Source: Candidatus Saccharimonadota bacterium
GTDB lineage: Bacteria > Pseudomonadota > Alphaproteobacteria > Rickettsiales > Anaplasmataceae
NCBI RefSeq assembly: GCF_013365495.1
Contig: NZ_CP046580.1
Span: 300,001 to 332,000, forward strand
DNA length: 32,000 nucleotides
Reading direction: 5' to 3'
Both the position numbers and the translations under genes were made by a program. The notes beneath the pieces were generated by a model. That model saw nothing but the letters and a program-made list of their open reading frames with translations, had not been told where the DNA came from and did not search any database. Shown in pieces: positions 9,347 through 18,202 of this stretch; the stretch's first letter is position 1; each line of letters starts with the position of its first letter.

Positions 9347-9682
9347 GTGATGAGCGGCATGCCTAGAGATTTAAAATTAATAAGAGATGTTATTGTAAAT
9401 ATTATAGATCAAAATAAAGGTTATGATATAACTATTTTTAATGTGCAAAATAAAACTATTATTGCAAAGTATATGGTTATTGCATCTGGGAACTCAAACC
9501 GTCATGTTAAAGCATTAGCTGAAGATATCATAAACAATCTTAAGTTGTATGATAAAATAGATGTAGAAGGTATGGAGCATGGCAATTGGGTAATTGTGAA
9601 TTTTCAAAATATAATGGTGCATATATTTAGGTCAGAAGTAAGAAAATACTATAAAATAGAAGAATTATGGGGGAATGATTGA
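9347..9682 (+). CDS. rsfS: ribosome silencing factor RsfS (iojap family)
   Basis: About 110 aa. YMVIASGNSNRHVKALAEDI and VHIFRSEVRKYYKIEELW are typical. The ORF track starts at GTG 9347. ATG 9359 is preceded by AGGTGA at 8-nt spacing and may be the real start. Confidence 0.85.
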   Translation: MMSGMPRDLKLIRDVIVNIIDQNKGYDITIFNVQNKTIIAKYMVIASGNSNRHVKALAEDIINNLKLYDKIDVEGMEHGNWVIVNFQNIMVHIFRSEVRKYYKIEELWGND

Positions 9683-9870
9683 CTGCCGTTTAAATGGCTC
9701 ATGTATAAATATAGTAGGTGTTATATCTTTAAAATGAATAAGAAAGAACTTTTTAGAGAGAGATTTTATCGAACTCTTGTAACTAACTAAAGTCGGAAAT
9801 CTTGCTTATAAATAAGTATTACTAGTAACTTATTTTGGTAAAATGATATAAAAAATTGGGTTAGCATACA

Positions 9871-9912
9871 TATTGAAGATACTCTTACTAGAGTTCTTCA
9901 ATAATGGTTTTT
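9871..9912 (+). terminator. strong hairpin (14 bp, one bulge, tetraloop) plus T5, 28-69 nt upstream of tyrS
   Basis: TATTGAAGA-T-ACTCT / TACT / AGAGT-TCTTCAATA (9871-9903), followed by ATGG then TTTTT (9908-9912). It is either the rsfS terminator (190 nt after its stop) or a tyrS leader structure. Confidence 0.4.
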
Positions 9913-9939
9913 ACATTAAAATAATTCACTAAAAATATA

Positions 9940-11193
9940 ATGGAACACAAATCAGAATTTTTAGATTTTATTCAAGAAAGAGGATACTTATACCAGTGTA
10001 TAAATATTGAAGGGTTAAATCAATTATTGTTACAGGATAACTACATAGTTGCATATATTGGATTTGATTGCACAATGCCTAGTTTACATATTGGTCATCT
10101 CATTCAGGTTATGATGCTGCGTCACTTACAAAAGTTTAGTTATAAGCCTATAGTCTTGCTTGGAGGTGGAACAACAAAAATTGGTGATCCATCTTTTAAA
10201 AATAAAGCAAGGAGCATTTTATCTATAAAAAATATCAAGAAGAATGTATCTGGTATAAGGAAGATATTGGAGAAAATAATGTCTTTTAATAGCAGTGAGA
10301 GTAGTATAGTGATTGTAAATAATGAAGATTGGTTAGATAGTATAAAGTACATAGATTTTTTGCGTAATATAGGGGTATACTTTTCTGTAAATCGTATGTT
10401 AAGCTTTGATAGTGTAAAAACTAGACTTGATAGAGAGCAAAATTTAAATTTTTCAGAGTTTAACTATATGTTACTGCAGGCCTATGATTTTATTGAATTG
10501 AATAAAAAATATGGCTGTCGTTTACAAATTGGTGGGTCAGATCAGTGGGGAAACATAGTCAATGGGGTTGAACTTGGCAGAAAGTTGAACTTACCTGAGT
10601 TATTTGGTTTTACTACTCCTCTTTTATTGAATACTCAAGGGACAAAGATGGGTAAAACAGAAAGTGGAGCAGTATGGCTTGATAGTAATATGTTCAAACC
10701 TTATGACTATTGGCAATATTTTCGTAACGTTGATGATCAAGATGTAGGGCGTTTTTTGAGACTACTTACTGATATACCAACTGATGAGATTAAGAAACTT
10801 GAATCTTTGAAAGATCAGGAAATAAATGAAGCAAAAAAAGTTTTGGCAACAGAAGCTGTAAAAATATGTCATGGTGAAAAAGAAGCAGAGCTTGCACAAG
10901 CTGCTGCATTTTCTGCTTTTGAAAGTGGAGAAGATTTATTACTTCCTAAGTATACTATAACAAAAGAACAGGTGATAAATGGTGTATCTTTAATAGAGTT
11001 GTTGAGTAATGCTAATCTTGAGCCATCAAGGAGTGCTGCAAAGCGTTTAATACAAGGTAACGGATGTAAAGTTAATGATATTACTATAAATAATATTAAT
11101 TATATAATAAATTCTGAAAATTTTAAAAGTAGGTCGTCTATAAAATTATCAGCAGGAAAAAAACGTCATATTAAAGTAATAGTGGATGAGTAA
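9940..11193 (+). CDS. tyrS: tyrosyl-tRNA synthetase
   Basis: 417 aa. Class I HIGH motif (PSLHIGHL), KMSKS variant KMGKT, C-terminal S4-like domain. Confidence 0.95.
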   Translation: MEHKSEFLDFIQERGYLYQCINIEGLNQLLLQDNYIVAYIGFDCTMPSLHIGHLIQVMMLRHLQKFSYKPIVLLGGGTTKIGDPSFKNKARSILSIKNIKKNVSGIRKILEKIMSFNSSESSIVIVNNEDWLDSIKYIDFLRNIGVYFSVNRMLSFDSVKTRLDREQNLNFSEFNYMLLQAYDFIELNKKYGCRLQIGGSDQWGNIVNGVELGRKLNLPELFGFTTPLLLNTQGTKMGKTESGAVWLDSNMFKPYDYWQYFRNVDDQDVGRFLRLLTDIPTDEIKKLESLKDQEINEAKKVLATEAVKICHGEKEAELAQAAAFSAFESGEDLLLPKYTITKEQVINGVSLIELLSNANLEPSRSAAKRLIQGNGCKVNDITINNINYIINSENFKSRSSIKLSAGKKRHIKVIVDE

Positions 11194-11400
11194 AGAAAGT
11201 AGATTTATAGATTAAGAATTGTATCTAGGTGGTTAGGTGGATAAAAAAATTAATAATATATATTATTTGTATGACTTTGGATCAAAGATGTGAGATAGAT
11301 CTTTAGTTTATAAAAAGGGTAGAGTTTTCAATGTAAAACTTTAAGCTACTAGTGAATTATACTCAAAATATATTTGAGTTTATTAAAATATGGAAAAAGT

Positions 11401-11433
11401 AGTTATTTCTGAGATAGAGAAATAACTGTTTTT
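11401..11433 (+). terminator. intrinsic-terminator-like hairpin (10-bp perfect stem) plus T5
   Basis: AGTTATTTCT (11401-11410) pairs with AGAAATAACT (11418-11427), with loop GAGATAG, followed by GTTTTT. It lies 208 nt downstream of the tyrS stop. Confidence 0.4.
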
Positions 11434-12630
11434 AATGACAAAAAAATATTCTTTGAAATTTTGTGTCTGATATCATTTTGGTTTTGAAGTTATGTAATAA
11501 GCTTTTTTATATAGGAACTTGTGTGTTATAACTTCAAAAGTTTTGAAGGATTCGTTATAAGAGGTTTATATTAGATAATAAATTACTGAAGAGTAGGAAG
11601 TAGGGTGAAAATTGAAAATTTGGTAAAGATTATTTTGAGTAGTGGTATGGTAAAAGGTTGGAAAGATTTAATCTTTAGATGTAGATTAATTGAAAAATTA
11701 TGATGTTTATGCTGCTTATTAATCACCATCCAAACACTTCAAAGTAGTGATGTAGTTTTCTTTTGTGCAGGAAAATTATATTATGTTGGATATTTGACAG
11801 TGAGCTATAGAGCAAGATTTTTAATTTTTAAAGTTGTCATGAGGGTATTTTATTGGTAGACTTTACTGGTAAAAAGGTAGTATTTAGGTATGAATATGGT
11901 AAGTTATTAAGTTGGATAATTTTACTGTGAAATGATTAAAAATTGCAAGGATTATGTTAAAATTAATGCTAAGTTTGCTTAGTTTTGCTATTACAATTTT
12001 TTTAAATGTAAAATTATTTAGGATTAGCTTATATAGCTGATTTAGCAAAATTGATAAATAAACAAAGATGATTGATGATAAAAAGAAAGGATTAATAAAT
12101 TTATACTTGTTTCTTCATAGACAATATTAAAGTTATGTTGGTAGATTATCTGTTTGAACAAAGTAATAATTTGATTTTTTTGAGTAAGAAATTGTAGTAT
12201 GCTAAAATCTTTTGATTTTACTATGCTGTGCTCTTGCTAACACAAGTTATAAATTTGTATTTGAAGTTTCTTCTTCTTTGAGATGTAAAAAAAACTTCAG
12301 GTAACGAGGTTGGAAGAGGTATATATTATCTGAAGGAAATCTTACTATAACATTTTATTTTCATAATATTTATATTATTTGATTAAATAATAGTAAAATA
12401 TTGTTGTTTATGTAATATATTATATACTCTTACTTGTTTTTTTTTGATTTTGTTGTGGTTAATATCTTTACTATAATGCAAATTAGTTTTATTAAATTAT
12501 TTTTGTTTATTTTTTATAAATTTAATTTTATTACCTTTTTTATTTTATCTTTTTTAATTATTTTCCTAAATATTGAAGAATTTATTTTTTGTTCAGTTCA
12601 TTAAATCAAAGAAAGCTCTGTATAAAATCA

Positions 12631-13794
12631 TTATTTAGTATTATATATTAATTCAGTATATAAATCTTTGATTAGAACTTCAGCATATTCTTTTCGAGTA
12701 ATTATACTGATTTTAATTTCTGTTGCTGTGATGGCAAATACTTCTATGTTCTTTTCCTCTAAGATCTTAAGTGTGCGTTGTATTACTTCAGTATTGGACA
12801 TAATACCAATACCGATTATTGAGATTCTAGCTATATTATTGTTTATAACATAGTTTCTGTTTTTTTTAAATAGTTTTTTTATTAAATTGGTATAGGGTTT
12901 TGGGACTATGAAACTTGATCCGTGTATTATATTAATTTTAATATTTGCTTTTAGCATATTTTTTAATGGATTTAAGATATTACTAAAATTAGTAAAAGTA
13001 ATTAGAATTTCATTAGTGCTGCAAGTTATTCCAGTAATTGGATATCTCTCTAGTATATCTTTTTCGTTCAGTACTGTGGTTCCTTCTACCTCTTTAAAAG
13101 TAGATAATACTTGTATTTTGATATTATGTTTCATTGCAAGCTGTACTGAACGATAATGTAGTATTTTAGCACCGGATGATGCTATTTCTAGCATTTCATT
13201 ATAAGAAATAAACTTAAGTTTATGTGCTTTGGGTATAATTTGGGGATTAACTGTATATATTCCATCGATGTCAGTAAAAATCTTACAAATCTTAGTGTTA
13301 AAAGCTACTGCAAGTGCTACTGCTGATATGTCAGATCCTCCTCTGCCAAAGGTAGTGATTCTATTGGCATGTATACCCTGAAAACCAGCAATAATAGCAA
13401 CAGTGTAACCTTCAGCAAAAGATCTTTTTAAAAGATCAATTTTTATTGTTTTTATTTGAGATTCAGAATAGGAATCATTCGTTATAATTGGTAACTGCCA
13501 AGCAAGCCAAGATTTGGCATTTACTCCGATAGATTGAAGAGTGATTGCTAGTAAACCACAAGAAATTTGTTCTCCTGCTGAAAGTAAGACATCATATTCT
13601 GATAATTCTTTTGTACAATTTAAATTTGAGATTTGTTTAGCTTGGAAAACCATTTGGTCAGTGAATCCTGCAATAGCAGAAACGACAACGATTACATTAC
13701 AACCTTTCTGAACGTCTTGTTTGATCAAGTTTGCAACTCGATTTAAATTAGTTAATGAAGTTCCACCAAATTTTTTTATAATGATATTATTCAT
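12631..13794 (-). CDS. lysC: aspartate kinase
   Basis: 387 aa. N-terminal KFGGTSL, GRGGSDISAVALA, C-terminal ACT-like region. Confidence 0.9.
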   Translation of the reverse strand: MNNIIIKKFGGTSLTNLNRVANLIKQDVQKGCNVIVVVSAIAGFTDQMVFQAKQISNLNCTKELSEYDVLLSAGEQISCGLLAITLQSIGVNAKSWLAWQLPIITNDSYSESQIKTIKIDLLKRSFAEGYTVAIIAGFQGIHANRITTFGRGGSDISAVALAVAFNTKICKIFTDIDGIYTVNPQIIPKAHKLKFISYNEMLEIASSGAKILHYRSVQLAMKHNIKIQVLSTFKEVEGTTVLNEKDILERYPITGITCSTNEILITFTNFSNILNPLKNMLKANIKINIIHGSSFIVPKPYTNLIKKLFKKNRNYVINNNIARISIIGIGIMSNTEVIQRTLKILEEKNIEVFAITATEIKISIITRKEYAEVLIKDLYTELIYNTK

Positions 13795-14467
13795 GATTAT
13801 AATATAGCTTTTCTCTTGAAGAAAATATACTCCTTGTGAAAATTTATAGCAGAAATAGTTTTAAGTTTACTTAGGCAAAAGATAACTTAGTGAATAGTTA
13901 CTGATAGATTATGTATACAATTAGGTGTTGGAGTTATGAATGTTGATGATATAAAAGATATAAGTAAGTTTTTTTATAGTAGTGTTGATAACAATAATAT
14001 ATTCTTCTTTAGAATTTTTATTGTTTCTTTATTTTTAGGAATGTTTTGTAATTTCTTTTATTTTATCAGGTTTATATAAATAATGTTTTATTTATAAGTT
14101 TACTATAGTGGTATATTTTTTATTATATTTTTATGCAAGTTTTATTTTAATTTGATTGTTAAGAATATTTATTTTAAATAAGGAGAAATTTAATTAAATT
14201 AATATTTTTTTAATATTTAACTTTGAGTAAAATGCAAAGATTATGAGGTAATAAAAGACTAAATTAAAGTGCTAAAAAATTTATTTTTAGTAAAAGTATT
14301 TTATACTTTGAGTGTTTTATGTATGAAATTATATTTAGCTATTAATGATTTTAATGTATTAACTTTATTTTGGTCATTGAGTGTGCTACTTTTGTTGTTA
14401 TTTATGTTTATACTGGAAGTTTTAACCGGAGGACTTTAGTATATAATGTTGTGTTATACTCAAAAGT

Positions 14468-15772
14468 TTATGTGAATTTGATAAAGTTTTCCATAGCAAA
14501 ATCTCTGGCTAAAAACAATGAACCACAAATTAATATTGTTTTAATATTTTTAATAGAAGCTTTCAGTATATGATTCAATATAGCATCACTAATTGACTTG
14601 CATTCGATTGCATGTATTCCTATATTACCAGCTTTTTGTTTAATTAAGTCTGTATTTGTTGCTTTTGGCTCAGATTTAATACAAACTGCACATAATAATT
14701 TGATATATGGCTTTAAGTATTTTAAAAACCCTTCCACACTTCTGCTGCGCGTAATACCAAAAATTATATATATACCTTCAGCACAATTGTCTTGTATCCA
14801 CTCACCTAATACTCTTGCACCGTCGTTATTGTGTGCACCATCTAAAAATAGATGCCAATCTTTTGGTAATAAAGAAATTAGATTACCTTCTTTTATAAGT
14901 TCTAGTCTTCCGGGCCAGTAAGTATGTTGTAGTCCTGAGATAATATCTTCTTTTTTAATATTAAACCCGTACTTTCCACTCAAAATACTACATGCTGCAA
15001 TGGCATTTCCTGCATTAATTATTTGATGGTTGCCTTTTAAAGATGGTAAGGGAAATTTTATCGATTGAATAGCTGATTGAAAAATCATTTGACTATTATA
15101 TTTTTTACAATTCCATTCATGTCCTCCTCTAAATAAAGGAGATTTATTATTTATTGCATATTGTTCTAGTGTATTCATTATAGATCTTTTTTGTGGTGCT
15201 ATTACACAAGGAACATTATGTTTCATTATGCCAGCTTTTTCACTTGCTATGATTTCTAAAGTAGGACCAAGATATTCAGTATGATCAAATGCAATGGAAG
15301 TAACAATTGTTAAGATTGGATTATCTATAATGTTTGTTGCATCTAACCTTCCACCCATACCAACTTCAATTAAAGTAATATCAGCTTTATGACGAGAAAA
15401 AGCTAAAAAAGCTGCAATAGTTGTAGCTTCAAATAAGGTGATAGGTTGATTTGTAATTACACTACGGCACTCTTCTAATAAGTTATGTAATTCATTATTA
15501 TTAATATAATTACCTGCGATAACTATTCTTTCATTAAAATTTACTAGATGTGGAGAAGTATATGTATGTACTTTATATCCTGCTGCTTGTAGTATGTATC
15601 TTACAAATGATAATGTTGAGCCTTTTCCATTGGTTCCAGCTATGTGAATTATTGGAGGCATTTTTCTTTCAGGATTTTTTAGCCTATTTAGAAAAATTTT
15701 TATATTTTGAAGAGAAAAATTTTTTGGCTTATTGCCAAAAAGTATTTTAGGCCAATGAGGCATGTATGTCAT
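14468..15772 (-). CDS. folC: bifunctional folylpolyglutamate synthase / dihydrofolate synthase
   Basis: 434 aa. P-loop HIAGTNGKGST, YTSPHLVNFNERI, LEVGMGGRLDATN-like EVGMGGRLDATN, DGAHN. Confidence 0.9.
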   Translation of the reverse strand: MTYMPHWPKILFGNKPKNFSLQNIKIFLNRLKNPERKMPPIIHIAGTNGKGSTLSFVRYILQAAGYKVHTYTSPHLVNFNERIVIAGNYINNNELHNLLEECRSVITNQPITLFEATTIAAFLAFSRHKADITLIEVGMGGRLDATNIIDNPILTIVTSIAFDHTEYLGPTLEIIASEKAGIMKHNVPCVIAPQKRSIMNTLEQYAINNKSPLFRGGHEWNCKKYNSQMIFQSAIQSIKFPLPSLKGNHQIINAGNAIAACSILSGKYGFNIKKEDIISGLQHTYWPGRLELIKEGNLISLLPKDWHLFLDGAHNNDGARVLGEWIQDNCAEGIYIIFGITRSRSVEGFLKYLKPYIKLLCAVCIKSEPKATNTDLIKQKAGNIGIHAIECKSISDAILNHILKASIKNIKTILICGSLFLARDFAMENFIKFT

Positions 15773-16321
15773 AGATTATTTATTGTTTAATTCACTTATT
15801 AATACTTAATTATATTATGCATGTCAATTTTCTAACAGAAATTTTGGGAAGTGATAAATCGAAATGCTTATATTATTCATTAAGTAATATCATTATTTTA
15901 GGAAGAAGTTACTATTTTAATAGCTTTAAATCAATATTTATAAATCTTATTACTATAAAAGTAGTTAGGTTTTATTAACTGCTTTTTAAGCTAATTAAAG
16001 TTATTTCAATATTCTTTAAATTTTATAAAAAACCAAAATATTTTGAATGAATATTTTTAATGACTGTGAGTTTTTTTTACATGTATTATCAATTTTTTAT
16101 GTTGTTTTGATTTAAAGATATTATGCATAAAAATTTTGTGATTGTATATTTGATAAATTTTTAAAGGATAGTAGTGGAAATAATAATATGATTCAAGCTT
16201 AAGTAATGGTTTATTATAGTATATTTATTGATCTAGTATTTAGAATATAAAGTTTCATTCGTGATTAGTTTTATTGTTAATCTGAATATACTTATAGCAC
16301 AATGTATTTAAATTGGTTATA

Positions 16322-16495
16322 CTCTTGATAAGAATCTGTTCTATTCGTTATGAGTTAAGTTAGTTTTCCCGAGCGATAATTTCTAGTCAAGGGAATTGCC
16401 TCTGTTAATTTTGTTAAAGTTAATATGTGATACCCACTTAACTTTAGGTCTCAGGATCTACTAAAACTAACGATAGATACGGATTCTATTAAGAG
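16322..16495 (+). ncRNA. candidate structured RNA (6S-like rod) or palindromic element, 174 nt
   Basis: Locally GC-richer island in an ORF-free spacer, with stops in all six frames. The ends 16322-16352 and 16467-16495 pair (about 28 bp, four 1-nt bulges). Inner helices are 16353-16360/16436-16443, 16366-16370/16391-16395, and an apical 10-bp hairpin at 16403-16425. The non-Watson-Crick pairs I found are G-U only in the + sense. This is a hand fold only. Confidence 0.4.
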
Positions 16496-16909
16496 CTAAT
16501 TAAATTGATTTTTACGTATAGTCCATCAAGAACAAGATGTTTTTTCTTCTCTAATCTATTATATGTTATAGCTTATAATTGGTATTGAGAAGTGTATTGA
16601 TTTTCTTTATTAAAGAATAAAAGAAAGGTCTTAGATTTTAAAGAAAAAATTATCGCAGGGGTATAATTTAGTTACCATTGAAGTTATATAATAATATGGG
16701 GTATTTAAATATTTACAAGACAAATGAAAATTTATTTTTAAAGTAAAGATAAGTTATGAGTAAAATTTTTAATAAGATTTGAGTTCAAGTTTAGTTTATT
16801 TTGTAGTTTTATTAAATTCAATATATCAATAATATATCAAGCAAAATAATTATTATAAAAATAAGATTGGAAGTCTTGCTAAATAATCTTGACATTTATT
16901 TGTGTAAAA

Positions 16910-17662
16910 ATGTATAGTTTATTAATTAATGTTTGTATTGTAGTGATCTTAAGGCTGTTGTTCATATTAATTTTCATGAGTGTTAACTCTTATGCTGTTA
17001 TTAAACAAGACTTAGTCTATAATGGTCAGTATATTACTCAAAACATTGGTGAAATAACACCAAAAGAACTACTATTGCCATTGTTTGATGATAAATTGTT
17101 GGGGGATCCCAAGGCACCAATTTTAATGATTGAGTATGCTTCATTAACTTGTTATCACTGTTATCTTTTTCATAAAGAAGTTTTTCCTGAAGTTAAAAAG
17201 AAATACATAGATACAGGTAAAATGTTATATATATTTCGTCATTTTCCTATGGATTATAGGGGGTTGAAAGCTGCAATGCTAAGTCATTGTTATAAAGAAG
17301 CAGAAGATTATTTTAACTTTAATAAAGCTGTTTTTAATTCAATAGATTCATGGAATTACTCTGATTTTAGTGACTTAACTGTATTACAAAAAGTTGCTGC
17401 GCTAAGTAATTTAAAGCAAGACACGTTTAACCAATGTATTAACGATAAGGAAATAATGGATAAAGTTATAGGTGATAAATCATTGGCAATTAATAAACTT
17501 GGCATTACAGGTACTCCAATATTTTTTATTAAGCTTAATAATGATAAATTGTATGTAGAGTACGATAAGATTAAACATGAAGGGTATAAAACATTAGAAT
17601 ACTTAACTAATATAATAGATAGCTATATGGAGAAAGCTATAGTGAAGCAATCACCACTATAG
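16910..17662 (+). CDS. dsbA: periplasmic thiol:disulfide oxidoreductase, alpha-DsbA type
   Basis: Thioredoxin fold with active site CYHC (LTCYHCYLFH), the motif I recall for Wolbachia alpha-DsbA1. Two extra Cys (SHCYKE, FNQCIND) fit the second disulfide of that family. A start at ATG 16910 gives a signal peptide MYSLLINVCIVVILRLLFILIFMSVNSYA. The ORF track starts at TTG 16889. Confidence 0.85.
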   Translation: MYSLLINVCIVVILRLLFILIFMSVNSYAVIKQDLVYNGQYITQNIGEITPKELLLPLFDDKLLGDPKAPILMIEYASLTCYHCYLFHKEVFPEVKKKYIDTGKMLYIFRHFPMDYRGLKAAMLSHCYKEAEDYFNFNKAVFNSIDSWNYSDFSDLTVLQKVAALSNLKQDTFNQCINDKEIMDKVIGDKSLAINKLGITGTPIFFIKLNNDKLYVEYDKIKHEGYKTLEYLTNIIDSYMEKAIVKQSPL

Positions 17663-17685
17663 CTTAGCTTAGTATATAAAGGTCA

Positions 17686-17964
17686 CTATGTTGTGCTGTC
17701 GTTTTTTATCACTGCTTGCTGTTTTTTGCGTTCAAATTCTCTTTTTTTGCTATGCCAGGCATAATAATACATAGCAATTTTATTTTCTATTAGCATGATC
17801 GTCCCATCATAAAACTGAACCATATCCATAACTTTCTTTTGGGCTTCATCAAAACGTTCCTTATATTTTTCACGATAGGCTGGATTGTGCAGTAATGCAA
17901 CCCCTTCGTCTTTGTTGGATTTTTTATTTAATGGTTCGATTTCACCAATAATATTATAAGACAT
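17686..17964 (-). CDS. hypothetical small basic protein, 92 aa
   Basis: Strong SD GAGGTGG 5 nt upstream of the ATG (minus strand). The local GC is visibly higher than the flanks. No domain recognised. Confidence 0.55.
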   Translation of the reverse strand: MSYNIIGEIEPLNKKSNKDEGVALLHNPAYREKYKERFDEAQKKVMDMVQFYDGTIMLIENKIAMYYYAWHSKKREFERKKQQAVIKNDSTT

Positions 17965-18202
17965 ATACCACCTCTGACTGATTATAAAATATTTTTAATA
18001 AAGAGGAATGCGCCACAGCAGTCCCTTTAGTTATAACACAGCAATAATAAGCTGATTATTATACTAGTTAATTATAATATTATATATAATAATTATTGTC
18101 ACTTAAAATTTTACGTTGTTAAATACTATTTTAAAGTAAATGCTTCTACTATTTCAAGCTAATACATATACTTTACGTAATTAAAGTTTTTAGTAAAATA
18201 TT

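Noticed and set aside
11236-11244. DnaA-box-like GGTGGATAA (8/9 match to TGTGGATAA) in the long tyrS-lysC spacer, raising the idea of a replication origin
   Set aside because: It is a single imperfect box with no cluster of boxes. The flanking genes are not those I remember around the Wolbachia origin.
13936-14079. 47-aa ORF with GGAG 4 nt upstream (MNVDDIKDISKFFYSSVDNNNIFFFRIFIVSLFLGMFCNFFYFIRFI), and a similar 36-aa ORF at 26179-26289 ending in the loop of the 15-bp hairpin
   Set aside because: Their Phe/Ile-rich 'transmembrane' segments are what T-rich spacer DNA encodes by default. ORFs of this length are expected by chance. There is no conservation evidence available. Worth a look only if ribosome profiling or proteomics exists.
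14370-14573. 67-aa ORF spanning the lysC-folC spacer and the folC 3' end
   Set aside because: Half of it overlaps the folC coding region on the opposite strand. There is no SD and the composition is typical of random AT-rich translation.
16371-16385. GATAATTTC (Asp-Asn-Phe) inside the structured element, reminiscent of the ANDNF start of Anaplasmataceae tmRNA tags
   Set aside because: The reading frame stops immediately (TAG). There is no Ala resume codon, no ..LAA end, no tRNA-like T arm and no CCA-adjacent acceptor nearby. A 9-mer of this composition is expected by chance.
16889-16918. Near-consensus promoter TTGACA - 18 nt - TATAGT at the 5' end of the dsbA ORF
   Set aside because: Transcription from it would start downstream of ATG 16910 and remove the signal peptide that a periplasmic DsbA needs. 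The TTG is also the ORF-track start. I consider it fortuitous or at best a secondary promoter.
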